Positions 27,175-40,649 of a stretch of DNA of 64,000 bases are shown here, piece after piece. The number at the start of each line of letters is the position of its first letter. Within the stretch, counting starts at the first letter, position 1. A model generated the notes under the pieces. The model saw only the letters and a list, made by a program, of their open reading frames with translations. It was not told the DNA's origin and ran no database searches. The DNA is from Selaginella moellendorffii. Its lineage: Eukaryota > Plantae > Lycopodiophyta. The translations under genes were made by a program, and so were the position numbers. The DNA lies in contig NW_003314354.1 of the NCBI RefSeq assembly GCF_000143415.4, forward strand, positions 590,705 through 654,704. The letters are read 5' to 3'.

Positions 27175-28195
27175 TCTTCACTTTCTTGAGCACATCAGGA
27201 TTTTGCTTTAGGAAACCATCAGCCATCAAGTTGTGACCAGCATTTATGAACATGTTGAGCATGTCTATGATTTCAGTGCTTCCAGAGACTCTCCTTTGTC
27301 ATCCAGCTCATCCATGAGCAATGAAAGAATGCTTGTTTCCTGTGGCTTTCTGGAAGCTCTTCTCTGGTTGATCAGGTCCTGGATAAGCTTGATGACCTTT
27401 CACCTGGCCTGAGAATGGGAAAACATCACAAAACTATGTAGGACAATACATATGGCTTTTACCTTCAGGGCTTTGTTGTAGGCAGTGTTGGGGAAGTTGA
27501 TGGGGAAAGCCTGAATGCCTTGGTTGACAATGTAGTACAAGGAGAAAATCTCATCCACAATGAGACTGGAGTCTTTCCTATATAAAATGTAGAAGGTACA
27601 TGACCTGTCATATCAGAAAAAACCAGTATCAACAAAAGTAGCCATCACTTACCCTTCTCATCTCGGTAAGAAGAACAATCGTATGCTGCGTAGGCCACCT
27701 TGCAAGGCATGCTGTTGTAGGGCACATACTGCTTAAGAGCTTTGGGATTGTTCACAGTGACTCAGTAAGCTTTTGGAGCTTCAAGTAGATCTCTTCAGTT
27801 AATCTCGCAAACAGATTTCGTCCAATGAGCACAACAGCGCTCTTTGGCCATCCTGTCTCAAAGCTGTCTTTGGAGAGCACGATTTTGCATGCCTCTGGTG
27901 TGGCAACCAGGATGGTGGGCTGCTATAACAGAAACACCTTGTAAAACCCACTCGATTATACCTGAAACCAAGAAGTGACCCATGAAAGAGTATGGTAATC
28001 CAGACTTGAAGGCTCTGAGAAAAGCAACCATGTTGATAAAGACGGGCCATCCAAGCGGACCCAGTGGAAGTGGAGGCTGTCTCGGCTTGAGCACCGGCTC
28101 ATAGTACCACTAGTTTAAAAATCTCGAGAATGTTGTCAAAGCAGTCACTGACATGTTGCTTTCCAGTGAACAACTTGGAGGAGGAAGAACCCCAT
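27175..28195 (-). pseudogene. CYP88/ent-kaurenoic acid oxidase-like cytochrome P450 pseudogene (3'-truncated)
   Basis: WYYE...PLPLGPLGWPVFINMVAFLRAFKSG.P.SFM; INFPNTAYNKALK; I-helix EIIDMLNMFINAGH; FLKQNPDVLKKVK. Stops and frameshifts; no heme-binding exon seen. Confidence 0.8.
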
Positions 28196-30587
28196 AATGG
28201 TACAGCATTGGCACTCAACTATGGCGTCTGATTAATTGAGCAGCCAGTCACGTTCATATCAGTGGCTCCAGTGACGATAACTCAAGAGCAACTGCTGTAT
28301 TGGCAGTGCACTCCTCGCTAGGAAATTTCAAGCAAATACTGGATATTTTGATCGGCTCCAAAACTGTAAAAAAAAGTAATAAAACACAAAATTTCAGGAT
28401 TATATCCCATCCAGGTCACTGCAAGAATATGGCAACCATAAATTCTCTGCCTTTCCTTATAGAGCTCAATGCTGAATCTCAGTAGTTTCCAATCAAAAGA
28501 ACCAAAATAAATAAATCCCAGCCTTTCTGCCACTGCTGGGAATAAGAAGGGAGACTTGCAATAGCAAAAACAGGCTTTAAAACACACAAGCACCTCCAAA
28601 AGCTCATTCATTGGAAATAAGAACTACTTTTTCTAGAATTCGACATATTCTACTTTACCATAATTTACCTGGACACAGTGTCATGAGTTTAAGGTTGATT
28701 AAACCTGCAATCCTTACTATTATGTGCTGAGATTACTTCATTTGCACATCTTCATTTTCCAATCAATCTTTTTTTCCTACACAAACATCAAACATCAGTA
28801 AGTGATCCACATCAATGAGAAAGAAAAGTGCCATAAAGATATCAGAGTCAATAACAATAAAAAGAATGAGAGGCCTCTCTTACCTCACTCACTTGATCGA
28901 GAAAAACATGACTTGCCATCTTTCTCTCTGGAACATACACAAAGTGAGCAAATGAAAGGAGTTGAGAATGTAAAGGCACATATATCTGGTGAGCTCGATG
29001 ACATAGCAAAAGTGTACATGACAACATCAATCCTAGAGGCCCCACCTCGATCAGGCTGCTTGCATTCTAGAATTTCTGCTGGATCATCGCTGCCATCTTC
29101 ACTCAGACTGGGACTCAGCTCGAAAGTAACAATGTTTATCGAGATAAATGCTACTTTCTTCATGAATGACAAATATCATTGGTGTTATTCAGACTGAGAA
29201 GGACCGCCTCCATTAGAAGTCCTCGTTTTTTATTAGTGGACCACACTAATAAAAAAAGAGCATAAGTGAAAGCAATGGAAAACTACCAAGCAAGAAAAGA
29301 ACAAAAGAAGGAAGCAAGAACAAATGTTGGAGTTCTGTACTTGTGTTTGCAAGTGAATCCAAGCGTTCCCTTGCTGGCCTGGCATACTCACAAGAAGAGG
29401 ACAACAGAAGGCCTCGTCCAGTAGTTTTATCATTGGCGCCGCCAAGGTTTCACTGCCACCAAGGCCAGCAAGCCCAATTTCCGTCCAGCTGCTCGCCTAA
29501 AGAGATCCCAGGATTTTGCAACTTCTACCACGTTCTGTTCATCATTTGGTTTTACTGTTACTTTGAAAGATTGAATCAGCAACTCACCACAGCTGAGAAC
29601 AGTTTGAACCAGCTACGTTCTGGCACATAAGAAAATTGGTATGCTATTCATATGGAATCACGTCAAGGAGTGAGCAACTGAAATTAAGCTTTTCACCAAG
29701 GCAAGAACAAATAAAAAATGAAATAAAATTACCAGTCCTCCCCCCTGGGTCAAGCAGATAAATGCTAATTGCTGACCCACTGCATTGGCCAGTGCTAGGT
29801 GCTTCCTGGCCTGAGTGGCATGACACAAGATCAGATCACCCGAAAGAACACAAAACCTGAGGAGTTGCCTGCTAATTTCCAGAGCTTTCTCATGGAACCC
29901 AAGGAGAGCCTCTTCCCACAATAGTCCACTTTCTTTTTTATTGAAACGACCAAGGAAACAAACGGCCTGTCAAACACACTTGAGGAGAGTTACTTACCTC
30001 CTAAACCTGATCAGCTGCTGATGGTGAATGCACACCTGGCTCTTTTCAATCTTGGCATATGCAACTCACTGTCCTTGGCAAATAAAAAGGTTCTGCAGGA
30101 TGCTCGTCAATGCTCTAGTATGGAGAGCTGAGCTTGTTGACCACATGCAAACCAGCCAGTTCTTGCCTCTCTAGGATGATCCTTTTGACAGCAGAATAGT
30201 ACACAATGGCCAGCTCAATCCAGGGCATTGGAATTTGAAGACATTGCAGCCAATTCTTGCATCTACAAGAACAAACAATGGAGGCTGAAGTGGAATCCAG
30301 AAAAGCTTACCTTTCATATACCAACTTATAGCATGGCAGGAGAGTCCCTCAGCCAAGTTGTCACACACACACATAGAGCTTGCAGCTCACAATCTGCCCT
30401 AAAATTTTCCTTGATTTATAGTGTCATTAAAATCACATTGAAGCGTTGCCACCCCTTTGGCACTTGATCTATGTTGTCTATTTGAAGTTTCTGAATTTGA
30501 ACCGTTGGATTATAAGCATATTCACAAATAATATTCTCAAAATGGAATAAAAGACACCAGCTGCCATATGCCAATAGCAGTTTTAAA

Positions 30588-30615
30588 CTAGCAGGGAATC
30601 CAGCTCCGCTGGGAT
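30588..30615 (-). terminator. Helitron 3' terminus: GC hairpin plus CTAG followed by target T
   Basis: Minus strand ATCCCAGC-GGA-GCTGGAT TCCCTG CTAG|T, about 60 nt downstream of the helicase stop. Confidence 0.85.
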
Positions 30616-33600
30616 AGATAGGACATCTGTTACATTGGTGACATGAATCCTAGAGAATTTCTTTGTACACAATGTTTTTCATATAGACATTATGGTTCTG
30701 GAGCACACCTTGTCCTTCACATTGTTCAATAGACATTGTAATTTGTTTCTTTGATGTTCCCCTTGAAAGTGCAACATAAAGTTGACCATGGCCAAAAACA
30801 GGTCTTGGCAAGTAGATACCCACATTCTGTAATGTTTGTCCCTGAGATTTGCAAATTGTTATGGAGAACACAAGCCTTATTGGGAATTGTCATCGTTTGA
30901 GGATAAATGGCATGTCTCCTTCAGTTGGTTTTAAAGAGATTCTTGGTAGAAGGACTTTTTTTCCTTGCATACCATTATGTAGAATTTCAGCTTCTATAAC
31001 ATTTGGTAGTGCCTTGGTTATAATTAGTTTAGTGCCATTACAGAGGCCTTTTTTAGTGTCAATGTTGCGTAACAACATTACAATACATCCGATTTTTATC
31101 TGTAGCTTGTGTGGAGGCATTCCAGATGGTGTTACTGAGTTTAAAAATTCTACAGGATAGTCCAACATCTCTTCTTCTGAATCTGTTTCTACAATGTCAA
31201 TGCTTCTGTATGTTATTGTTCTGCCGGTCATTCTCAAAAGAACTTGGTCGTTCATTTGTAGAGAGAGATCATTTAAAGTTGTGAGAATAGCTTTCTGCGA
31301 TAGGTTTGGGTCATTTGATTGTATATGCTTTCCAAACACATTATCTATCATTTGTTCTCTGGATGTCGATGTTAGAGGTAATTTTATAACTTCTTGGTTG
31401 AATCCTTGGAGGCTAGGTAGGTTACCATTTCCAAGCTTCACAAGCCATCTAGACCATTCTTTTTCTTCAGAGTTCACCCTCATGTTTGTATGTAATGAGA
31501 ACTTTACAAGTTTCCACCATATTGGTGAGGATTTCACGCTGTTTTGGATAATTTGTGCTTTTTAGAACAGGTAATGTCTGTCTGAAATCTCCTCCTGTTA
31601 CTAATGTGATGCCACCAAATTCTGTATCACAGTTTTTTATATCACACAAGACCCTCTCGACAGCTTTAAAAGCGTGAACGGGTACCATGCTTATTTCATC
31701 CCATATGAGCAGGTCAGCTCTTCATATGACCTCGGCAGGTGCTGAATTCTCTCGCAGGTCCGAGGTGCATGTTTCTGTGATTGGTACTGGAAGCTTAAAT
31801 GTTGAATGAGCCATTTGGCCTCCTACAAGAAGAGTACTCGCTATTTCTGTCCACGTGACTGCTAAGACTTTCATGCCATAAGCAGTGACATATTTTATCA
31901 GCGTGTTAAAAAGGTACGATTTCTCTGTGCCTCCTACACCATCAACAAAGAATAATCTGCTTGTTTCTTTTCTGTTTTATATTGCATTCAAGACGTTGTT
32001 AAATATGTGAAGCTGTTCCATGTTCAATCTGGTTTTTAGTAATTCAGCTTCGTCAAGTGTGCATGGCACACAGCTTGTTTCAGTTGTTGTTTCGTTATCT
32101 CCTATAAACTCTGGATCTGGTAACTCGTAGTCAGACAGTTTCTTGCCATGTTCCTGGAGTAATATTGACATTTCATGCAATCCATGTTGCATTGCTGCTT
32201 CATAGTTGTTGTGATTTCGGACAAGGTCTTCACACATGCCTTCCTTGAATTTATCCCATAGTTTTTTGGGATCAATGAGCTTGCAAAATAAACACATGAC
32301 GCTGAATAGATACCTTACTTTTGCAGGCATTTGAAATGTCAACGACTCTTCTAAACATTTCTCCCACTCACAATCATCCTGCAGAAGTCCCATTTCTTGT
32401 GCATTAGAATGGTATGTGTCATATGCAACACCGTTTAATACCTTTAAATCACTAAAACTTGTAGCACCTTTTTTGTAGAGCAGGATCATACGTAGGTAGA
32501 AACGTTCAGAGTCATGCGGTGATACAATGTACATTCTACCGACCACCTTGAATGCACGTTGGCGTGGTGTCCACATTCTGTTTCTTGAATTCCATGTATA
32601 CCACTCAGGAATCTCGTGGTACAAGAGTGTCCTTGCAAATTCATCAATCTTGTTTAGCTCAAACCATTCTGTCAGTTTGGTTTTACGGCCTCTTTGTAAT
32701 GCAATCTCTTCCTCACCATCATTGAAATAAATATTTTGAAGGTTTTCCAGGTGGATGTCCAGTCTCTCAATAGAATGTGATCTCCCATGTAAGTCATATC
32801 CATAGATCCTCCATATTCCTTCTGATGCGGAGACATGCGGCAGTTTCTGAAAGCCTCTATTTTGTCCCAGTCTAGTACTTATATTTGAATATATACTTGA
32901 CACTTTTTACAGTGGAACACACCTCGACATTTATGTGTGCTCTGTATTTACGTAAGAGGTACTTGTTGTATGGCACAACAAACCTGTTGTCAATGGGTTT
33001 GTTCTTTATTAGGACTGTATGTCCTTCTTGGCGCCTTCTATACTCTGGAAACTGACCACCGACATTCTGTGTTTCTTCACAGTAATCTCTTGGATAGTGT
33101 GACTTACATTCACCATCCTTCGTGCATGGGCTGTTTGGAAATTCAGGCCCACAAGGGCCAAGTATCATGTGCTTTTTAAATAATTCATATAATTCTGGGT
33201 CTAGTCTGGCATCTGGTATTTCGGCAGTAACTATATTGTCTATGTCATCGATAGTTCTGATTTTATTATCTTTACCAAGGATCTGGCAGTCCTCTTTTTT
33301 GGAATTCAATCACATAGACATAAGCATTGACCTGGCCAAATATTTCTCGTTTGTAAATGTCATCTATGAGTTCTTGTTTCTTGATGTGTGCAACCAAGTC
33401 AGGTCTGTCTGCAGTTGTTTGTCCAGGTAAAAGGTTTTCAGTGATCTCTTTCCATTTAGGATTGCAGGTGAATGTTATGAACAAATCAGGTTTTCCATAC
33501 TTCCTTACAAGGCTCATGGCATCCTGGTAGTTCTGATTCATCTGTCGTGGGCCTCCAGTGAATGAGGATGGAAGTATTATTAGTTTTCCAGCACGTACCC

Positions 33601-34630
33601 CTTGCTGTTCGGCTCTGTTTTTCACGAAATCTGAGAGGCCACCGTATGCTTCAGCACGTAGCTCACGTTGGTGGTTTCTTATCCATGTTAGTCGGCCACC
33701 TTCAATCTTGGTGTATATATCGACCATGTATTGTTGTGTGAGTTTTCCTGCTGTCAACACAGGGTTGAAATATATGCTTCTTATGCCATTGTGACATATG
33801 CCCCGTATAGCAAATTTGTGCTGATAAAATTCCATCATTGTGACATTACAACGTTTAAGTGCATTGCCATTATCTGTGTATTTTATATCATTTGACCATC
33901 CGTCCTCTCCACTGGGAAAAAGAATTGGGTAGATCATAGGGTCACAACATGATGAAATGATTGATATTTCCTGCATTGATTCTTCCTTTGGATAGACTGC
34001 TATACTACGGTCAAATGGTGGGTTCCCACTTGGATTTGTAAAAATGGCAGCAATTTCATTTGAACACAGTGCATTGCATCTTTGAGGATCTGTTGTGCTC
34101 TCTCCCTTGATGTACATGACAATCTCTTGTGATGAAAGAGACATCTCATTCTCAAGTTCGTGCAACATCTTGAATGCTTTTGCATAGGGATTGATTTCTC
34201 ATAAGAGAACATCTAATCTGTACATTAGTTCCCGGTCGCATTTTTTGTTATGCATATTTCTCATTCTTGTTTCTGTTGCTTGTGCCGTATCTAGAATATA
34301 GAGTTGTGAATACATTGCTTCTTGATCATCTCGTGGTCTGAAGCTGCCCATTCGGTGATACACTTGACCGTGTATCTTAAAGTAGTATGTTCCACCACCT
34401 GAAAATTCTTCGATGTTTGTTCCCATGGAAGCAAATGCTAGAGCACTATTATAGTTCCTTATTAGTTCTTTGAAATTTCCCTGGTTTGAAGTACCTTCTA
34501 GCAACCTCTGGATCAATTCAGGGAAATGGTTTCTATTTTTTATTTGGACACGACCGTGATGACAGCATTGTGATTTTGTTTCTGCATTAAAATGGAAAGC
34601 TCTGCAATGGACACATTGTTTGTCAAATTT
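30588..34630 (-). mobile_element. Helitron with decayed Rep/PIF1-helicase gene
   Basis: Zn finger CVHC..CCHHG; Rep motifs ILPSSFTGGPR, PDLFITFTCNPKW, VIEFQKRGLP, RAHINVEVC; helicase GGDFRQTLPV, LLRNID..GLCNGT, KSQGQT, VFGHGQLYVALSR; stop at 30650. Multiple frameshifts. Confidence 0.95.
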
Positions 34631-36412
34631 ATTTTTGTTTGCCCAAAAGAGCTGGGGTCTAAATGCTAATGAGTAATTGTATTACTGTTATCTTGCTTAG
34701 TGGAGTGATGCGATGGAAATATGCTCATTTCCTTCAAAAATTACCAAAATGAGGTCTTCCTAGGATTGCCTTATCAAAGTACATGGTATAGTACAAAGAA
34801 ATTACAGTAATAATTCACGACATCCTATGGTGCAATAAAGGCTTATTCATTCCTTGGCTTGGGATGGAAAAGAAAAGCATGTAAAAGGGAGTCATGCAGC
34901 TTTACCGTCAGTGTGTATGTTAAGTTGGGCTTTGTGAGTCAGAAGATGGTGGTGCCCAGCTTTGGAGGTAGGGCCTATGTTGTTAACATACTAACCTGGC
35001 GTCTTTCAGCAAAGCACAGCAGAACTTTAACTTCCTTTCCTAGCTGTGAGCTGGAAGCCACATAAAACAAACGGTGGTGGGCAGAGGCCAATGACATCAG
35101 CAGTAGTCAGTTGTTTGGCCTTTTCTTTGGTGCCTACACCACCAGCACTGGCTTCACATCCCTCACCTGGAGTGTGCATTTCCAAGCAGTCAGCTCTGTT
35201 CTTTGCAAGAGCCAATGTGATGGCTCCAGTAGTACATCACATACCATGTCACCAATAACAACCTACTCGCTTAGTGCTGGCCACCTCTAGTAACAATTAC
35301 CAAGACATTCTCGCTACTGTGCTGATGAGTCATGCTGTGAATGGCATCCTTCCGAGACTGTGGGAACCTGCCTGCACAGTGAATAAGAATGAAGCTGCCA
35401 ATTACACCTCTACTTGTAGGCAATCATGGTAAAGCCTCCACTATCCAGCTGCCAACTCTAACACTGGGCTCATGGACACACACGTTAATAGGGACCTCAA
35501 CTCCACTGGGAGAAGTAGAGAACATTTCAATTTGAGAAGATGTAGTTGTACATACTTTGGAATGGAACAACACATCTTTAAAAAATAAAACAATAGAACA
35601 ATGATTTATTGTGATTCTCTCAGTAATGAGATTTAGTGGTCTCTTATGTAATTTTTTTCTTAGTTAAAAAATAGGGAGCACAATCTATTTCACTATTATG
35701 ATGAACATTTAACACATGACTCATTCAAAATGTCTGCCAGGAAGTAATGCTCCGAGTCCTAAAACAAATTCTCATAAATATGGAAATTCAACCACTATCA
35801 TCTTCCAAATCTTATTTGAATTTTGTAAAATGTTGTAACTACTCTTGCTTCATCACGACCAAAACCTAAAACACTTGAAAAAGAATGTAGAACACTAAAT
35901 TACCAACATTTATCCTCTCTAGTTCAAAATTCTTTTGCAAGAAAATGACTGAAACAGTAAGGTTTACACACTTTCCATTTATTTTGTCACCAATTCTTCC
36001 ACTCCTTGTCATTCGATGGCCAGTGATTGTAAGCCATCAAGAAGCATATGCAAGTAATGCAATCAGCTTGGAATCCTTCTCGTTACATCCTCCCAAAGTT
36101 TTTTCAAACACATGGAGAGCATCTTGACAAGGTATGAATCTAAATGTCCTATCCAAGTCTGTCTCTATTTGAAAATCCTTCTTAGAAATGCTTTTGACAT
36201 GACTTGAACATTTTGGATGTACACAGTGTCCTCTTGTCTTAAGAAGCCAAGACAGGATTTTATGCAATGCAACATGCTCAAGGTACTTTGCTTTTGTCAT
36301 CCAAGCTTTCTTTTCTCCCAAGGTTTAAAATTCTACTCTCTACTAGGAAGTTTTCCTGACCCCTCCAAGATTCTAATCAAGAGACTCCTCAAGTTTCTAA
36401 TCAACCATTTCC

Positions 36413-36484
36413 AGAGCATCTGCTCACAGCTATATAGAGCATCTGCTCACAGCTATATAGAGCCTCTGCCCTCAGCTATACAGA
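36413..36484. repeat. 23-bp tandem repeat, 3 copies
   Basis: AGAGCATCTGCTCACAGCTATAT at 36413 and 36436, with a degenerate copy at 36459. Confidence 0.85.
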
Positions 36485-36859
36485 TATTTCTAGAGCCTTT
36501 TTGGTTCTTTTTTTTCTTTCTATTCTTGTTTTCATCTCTCATTTTCCAGGCATCTTCATCAATTTGCCTAAAACTCAACGATGATTTTGATCTTGCCACA
36601 AGAAACACTGGCAGGAATGTCACTGCTGGTGGACAACAGCAGCACCGACACGACCTGAAGCATAGCAATCTCATTCTTTTTGTCACTTTCAGAGAGAAGC
36701 ATAGAGACATCCAACAAGAATGCCAAACCTGGAGTGCCTCTACTTCATTCTGCCATGAACTATCATGCTGCATAAGCTCCTTGCCATTAAAGCAATTCAC
36801 AAAAACTAAGGGTTTCTCCATATTCGACCAGTCATAGCTGTACATGCATGCTATTTCGT

Positions 36860-37870
36860 CTTAGCGTGATGCTAAAGCCACCTCAAGCTCCTGTTTAAGC
36901 TCCAGCAACTTTGGTGTGTTGTAGCTGCCATTCTCCTAAAAAGAAGTAAAATAACATTATCAAACAGGGAAGAGATGCACAAAAACATGATACCATAGGC
37001 TGATGATCTATTGGTTCCTTCAAAATTATTGAGCTCTCGGGCACATTTGCAGATTCTCCAACCTCTGTAAAATGGCTTCCACCAACACTCGGAGCAGGAG
37101 ACACCTCTGATTGGCTTTTGCATGTCTTCAGTACATGCATCTGACACCTTCCACCTCAATACAAGTCACAGTCTCAAAAACAACCAACACTATTAATGTT
37201 TCTTTCCCATTCAAACACATGAAGACGAGTCTCAATCCCTAGGCAGGACAGAAAATGACAAATTGAATCGGAGTAAGGCCGGCAAGGATAATCAAAATAG
37301 CATACCTCACATGCGATATACGTCTGTGCTGGCTTATATTGCATTGACAGCTTCCCATGTCATTGTTTCCAGATCAAAGATGTTGAGGTCATTGAGCAAA
37401 CACCTACTGGAGTCTTCTCCACCAAACATGACTCCACTAAAGCAGGATCCAATCAGCGAAATAGACTGGCCCCTCAAACAGCAAATGGTCAATCTCATGT
37501 TCGTGATACAGTATGTCACATGCACCGGAGCTTGTCCATATGTTGGAAAAAGCAACCAAGTGAAAGTCTGCGTATCAAAAACATGAACTGGAGATAGAGA
37601 GCACTAAAGTGAGACACTGAAATGCATTATGTTAACCTGAGACAGAGTCAAGGGTTTCTCAAGTGGCCACCAACAAACAGCATCCTGTTCTTCAGAATCT
37701 GAAAATGCTCGGGAATATTGTAAGATGAAAGTATAAAGCTAAAAACATTACCAGGCTATGACTGGCACAAGGTGGGATCAGTGGCATGGACAAGGACAAA
37801 AGGAGACAATTGGGAGCTTTTGCTCAACTTTGGACCAAGTGAGCATTCTTAGATTGAGCACCTATGGCAA
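36860..37870 (-). pseudogene. Kelch-repeat gene fragment, ACBP4/5-like
   Basis: VLNLRMLTWSKVE; VFDTQTFTW..PTYGQAPV; RGQSISLIGS..MFGGEDSSRCLLNDLNIFDLETMTWEAV. Disrupted reading frame. Confidence 0.65.
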
Positions 37871-37882
37871 AGGCGCAACATC

Positions 37883-38020
37883 AGTTCCAAAAGTATAGTA
37901 GGGGGAGTGTGGGGGTTGGACTCTAGTGGAATCAGTTTGGCCAGGAAAGACTAGTGTAACCAAGGAAGGCTATACCCACATGTTGGGTGATGATATATCT
38001 ATTAAGGAGTCCAAGGCTTG
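37883..38020 (+). repeat. Fragment of the LTR family found at 47959
   Basis: AAAAGTATAGTAGGGGGAG...CAGTTTGGCCAGGAAAG...TGTTGGGTGATGA aligns with about 48957-49075. Confidence 0.75.
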
Positions 38021-38099
38021 AGTTGTTAACTATTGCTTATGAGCCTCCAGGGTAGAACCTTCCTTCCACCCTCTATTTCCGATCACCTTATTTATTCCT

Positions 38100-39138
38100 A
38101 TAATTTTTATTCTTGTCCGAGGTATTAGCATATGGCTGCTGATATTGTTCTATGAGCGAGTGACTAAAGGCAACTTGCTGCACTATGTCTTTGGCTTAAA
38201 CTTCAAAATCTCATTGCGAGAAAGTGAACTTAAACCCTCTAAGAAATAACTTTGAGCATCTTCGTCACTCATATTGGCAATTATGATGTGCTTCTGAGCA
38301 AACACATTAACGTAATGCATAAAGTCCCCTCGTTGCTTTAACTACCGCAACTCCACACGAAGTCTCAGACCAAGATCATCTAGCAAGTATTCCTTATGGA
38401 TACGAGACCGCATCTTGGTACAACTTCTAGTCTACCCTTTTTTAGCACACATCTGGGGCCACCAAGTTTTGGCATGATTGGTGAGAAAGGATTGCATGCA
38501 TGTAACTTTTGTACAATCATCTATGTCTGCTGCTATGAAATAGTTTTCCATATCGTAGACCCAATCTTCCAAAACCTGATATTTCTACATGCCTATGAAA
38601 TTGGGTGGTTTCAGAGGCTTGAACTTTGAAACTTGTGCAATCAGGGGCGGTTAAAAAACTTGATCATCCTCAGAACTTGAAGAGGAGTTTGGTTGCTTAG
38701 GTTTAGCTGGTTTAGATGCCTCAGCTTCTTTCCTCCTCTTCTTGTTCTCCTTCTTCAATTTTTGAGTTTCCCTTCATAAATTCTTGATCTCAACTTCATG
38801 AGCCATACACTGTAGTGCTGGAGCATTTGGCTCTTCCTCTTCTGACTCAGCCTCAATCTTTTTCATAGCATCTATAGCAAGAGTTTCCAACTCTTGATTC
38901 ACCCATCTAAAGGTTTCAGCATTGTCAGCTCAATTCCTTTTCACCATCCTACTAGCTGCATACATGCCTCTATTAGTAACTAAACATGCATACAATGTTC
39001 TTACCGAATGGTGCAATCCAACTAATCCTACATAGGTCGCTTCAGATCTACTAGAAAAGTCTTTGTGTATACAACTTGAGTTAGAAAATCCAACAAAAGT
39101 TGGATAGAAATTGCTAAGATAATTTCTTTGATACCAAA
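38100..39138 (-). mobile_element. Ty3/Gypsy PBS plus decayed gag
   Basis: PBS TGGTATCAAAG (Met-i type) at about 39126-39136. Gag remnants KPPNFIG..LEDWVYDMENYF..AKTWW and LKQRG..Y...F...YFLEGL. Confidence 0.75.
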
Positions 39139-40057
39139 TATAGCACACATGAATTTGGAGCTGAACTCCAAGCCCATTGCACTACGAAATGAGGGTCCGG
39201 TATTATCCCACGAGCACCAGCTCCTCGTATCCAGCACCTGCAAGCAAAATGGTATCAAATGGTATCTAGCACAATTTTGGCATACCGGTGGCCTAACGCG
39301 AGAAGGAGGGTACCCCACCAACTAGAGTAGTATGGAGCTTGGGCTTAGGCCCAAGCCAGATGTAGAACAAAGAGTGACACAGCCCAGTGGGAGCCAAACT
39401 AATATCTCAGGTGGTCGAACATGCATTCCAACCATTATCCCTACTATACATTTGAAACCTCCTATAGCCGCCCCCCCCTGCTGAGGAACACATGCTTTGG
39501 GCTTGCACCCCAAGCCTCCCTTAGTACCAGGAGTTAGTCTCTGGGATAAGCTCGAAACCTACTAAATATAGACTGTCCCTAGGTTGGAATTTAGATACGG
39601 GACAAACACCATTGTGTTCAAAACAATCTCTACATTTCATAGATACGACAAATAAGCAAATGTAGACACTTTCCATAAATAGCATTTGGGACCAAAATGA
39701 GACTAACTCAAAGGGCATGATAGCGAGGGTGTTTGGCAGATATGGTAAACTATCATTTAGTGAATATTGAGGGACTAATCTCAATATCGTAAGGGTTCTT
39801 GATACTAGCAAGTGCAAGCCAATGACACAAGTTTCTCAAACTAGGCTGAGTATGCTTAGCAAGAAACACATAGGGTTCCTACCTTATATTTATCCAATTC
39901 AAGTGCAAGGTCATTGACCAGTTTCTCAACTAGCTCAAGTGGGAACGATAAAGGGAACCAATTGTACTGAGCTTTTACCGTCATGGTAGTAAGGAAAGAG
40001 TGTTTGTAAGAACTGGCTGACAAGTATCTTTTGATACCCGAAGTCACATTCGCGACA
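39139..40057 (-). repeat. LTR (~919 bp) with a PPT upstream and a PBS downstream
   Basis: Minus strand: a G-rich polypurine tract (40058-40070) directly before TGTCGCG at 40057; end GTGCTATA|TTTGGTATCA at 39139. Confidence 0.7.
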
Positions 40058-40649
40058 CTCTCCCCCCCTTGGGTAAGATTGACGTCCTCATCGATGCATA
40101 CCCGAGTTTAGCAAATCGTCAAGTAAACGACTCCAAAAGTTAATGAAAAACACACTATGTGGAAAACACATCGACTTAAATGAGTTATGGAACAACCTCT
40201 CCTCTACGTTCAAAGACGTTACGACTTAGACACCCTCCAGCCATCACCAACAGAGAAATGATTAACAGAGTTAGCCACCCTTGCTGCTCTGAGTACCACT
40301 CGGCTTACAAAGGAATGATACATCCTTGCTCATAGGGATATAAGGAGAAGGGTAGAGGCCCAACTTCCTTTGAGCAAGAAATCAACCCCATCACCAATTC
40401 AAACTAAGTCACTAACACTCTCAACTTCCATCACTTGAACCCAAAAGGTTTGACATCCCTTCTTAGCTGCTTTTTGAGCAGCTCTCGTAGTCAAGAACTT
40501 AGCATCCTAATCCTTTGAGAAGCACTTTTGCAACTAGAAGGACATATCAGGACGTCCTTCCGACTTCAATGTGATGCAACTTTGTTTAACACCATAAATC
40601 CCTTTAATATATTTGTTGAAGAAATCCATACCAAACACCATCTAAGCCA

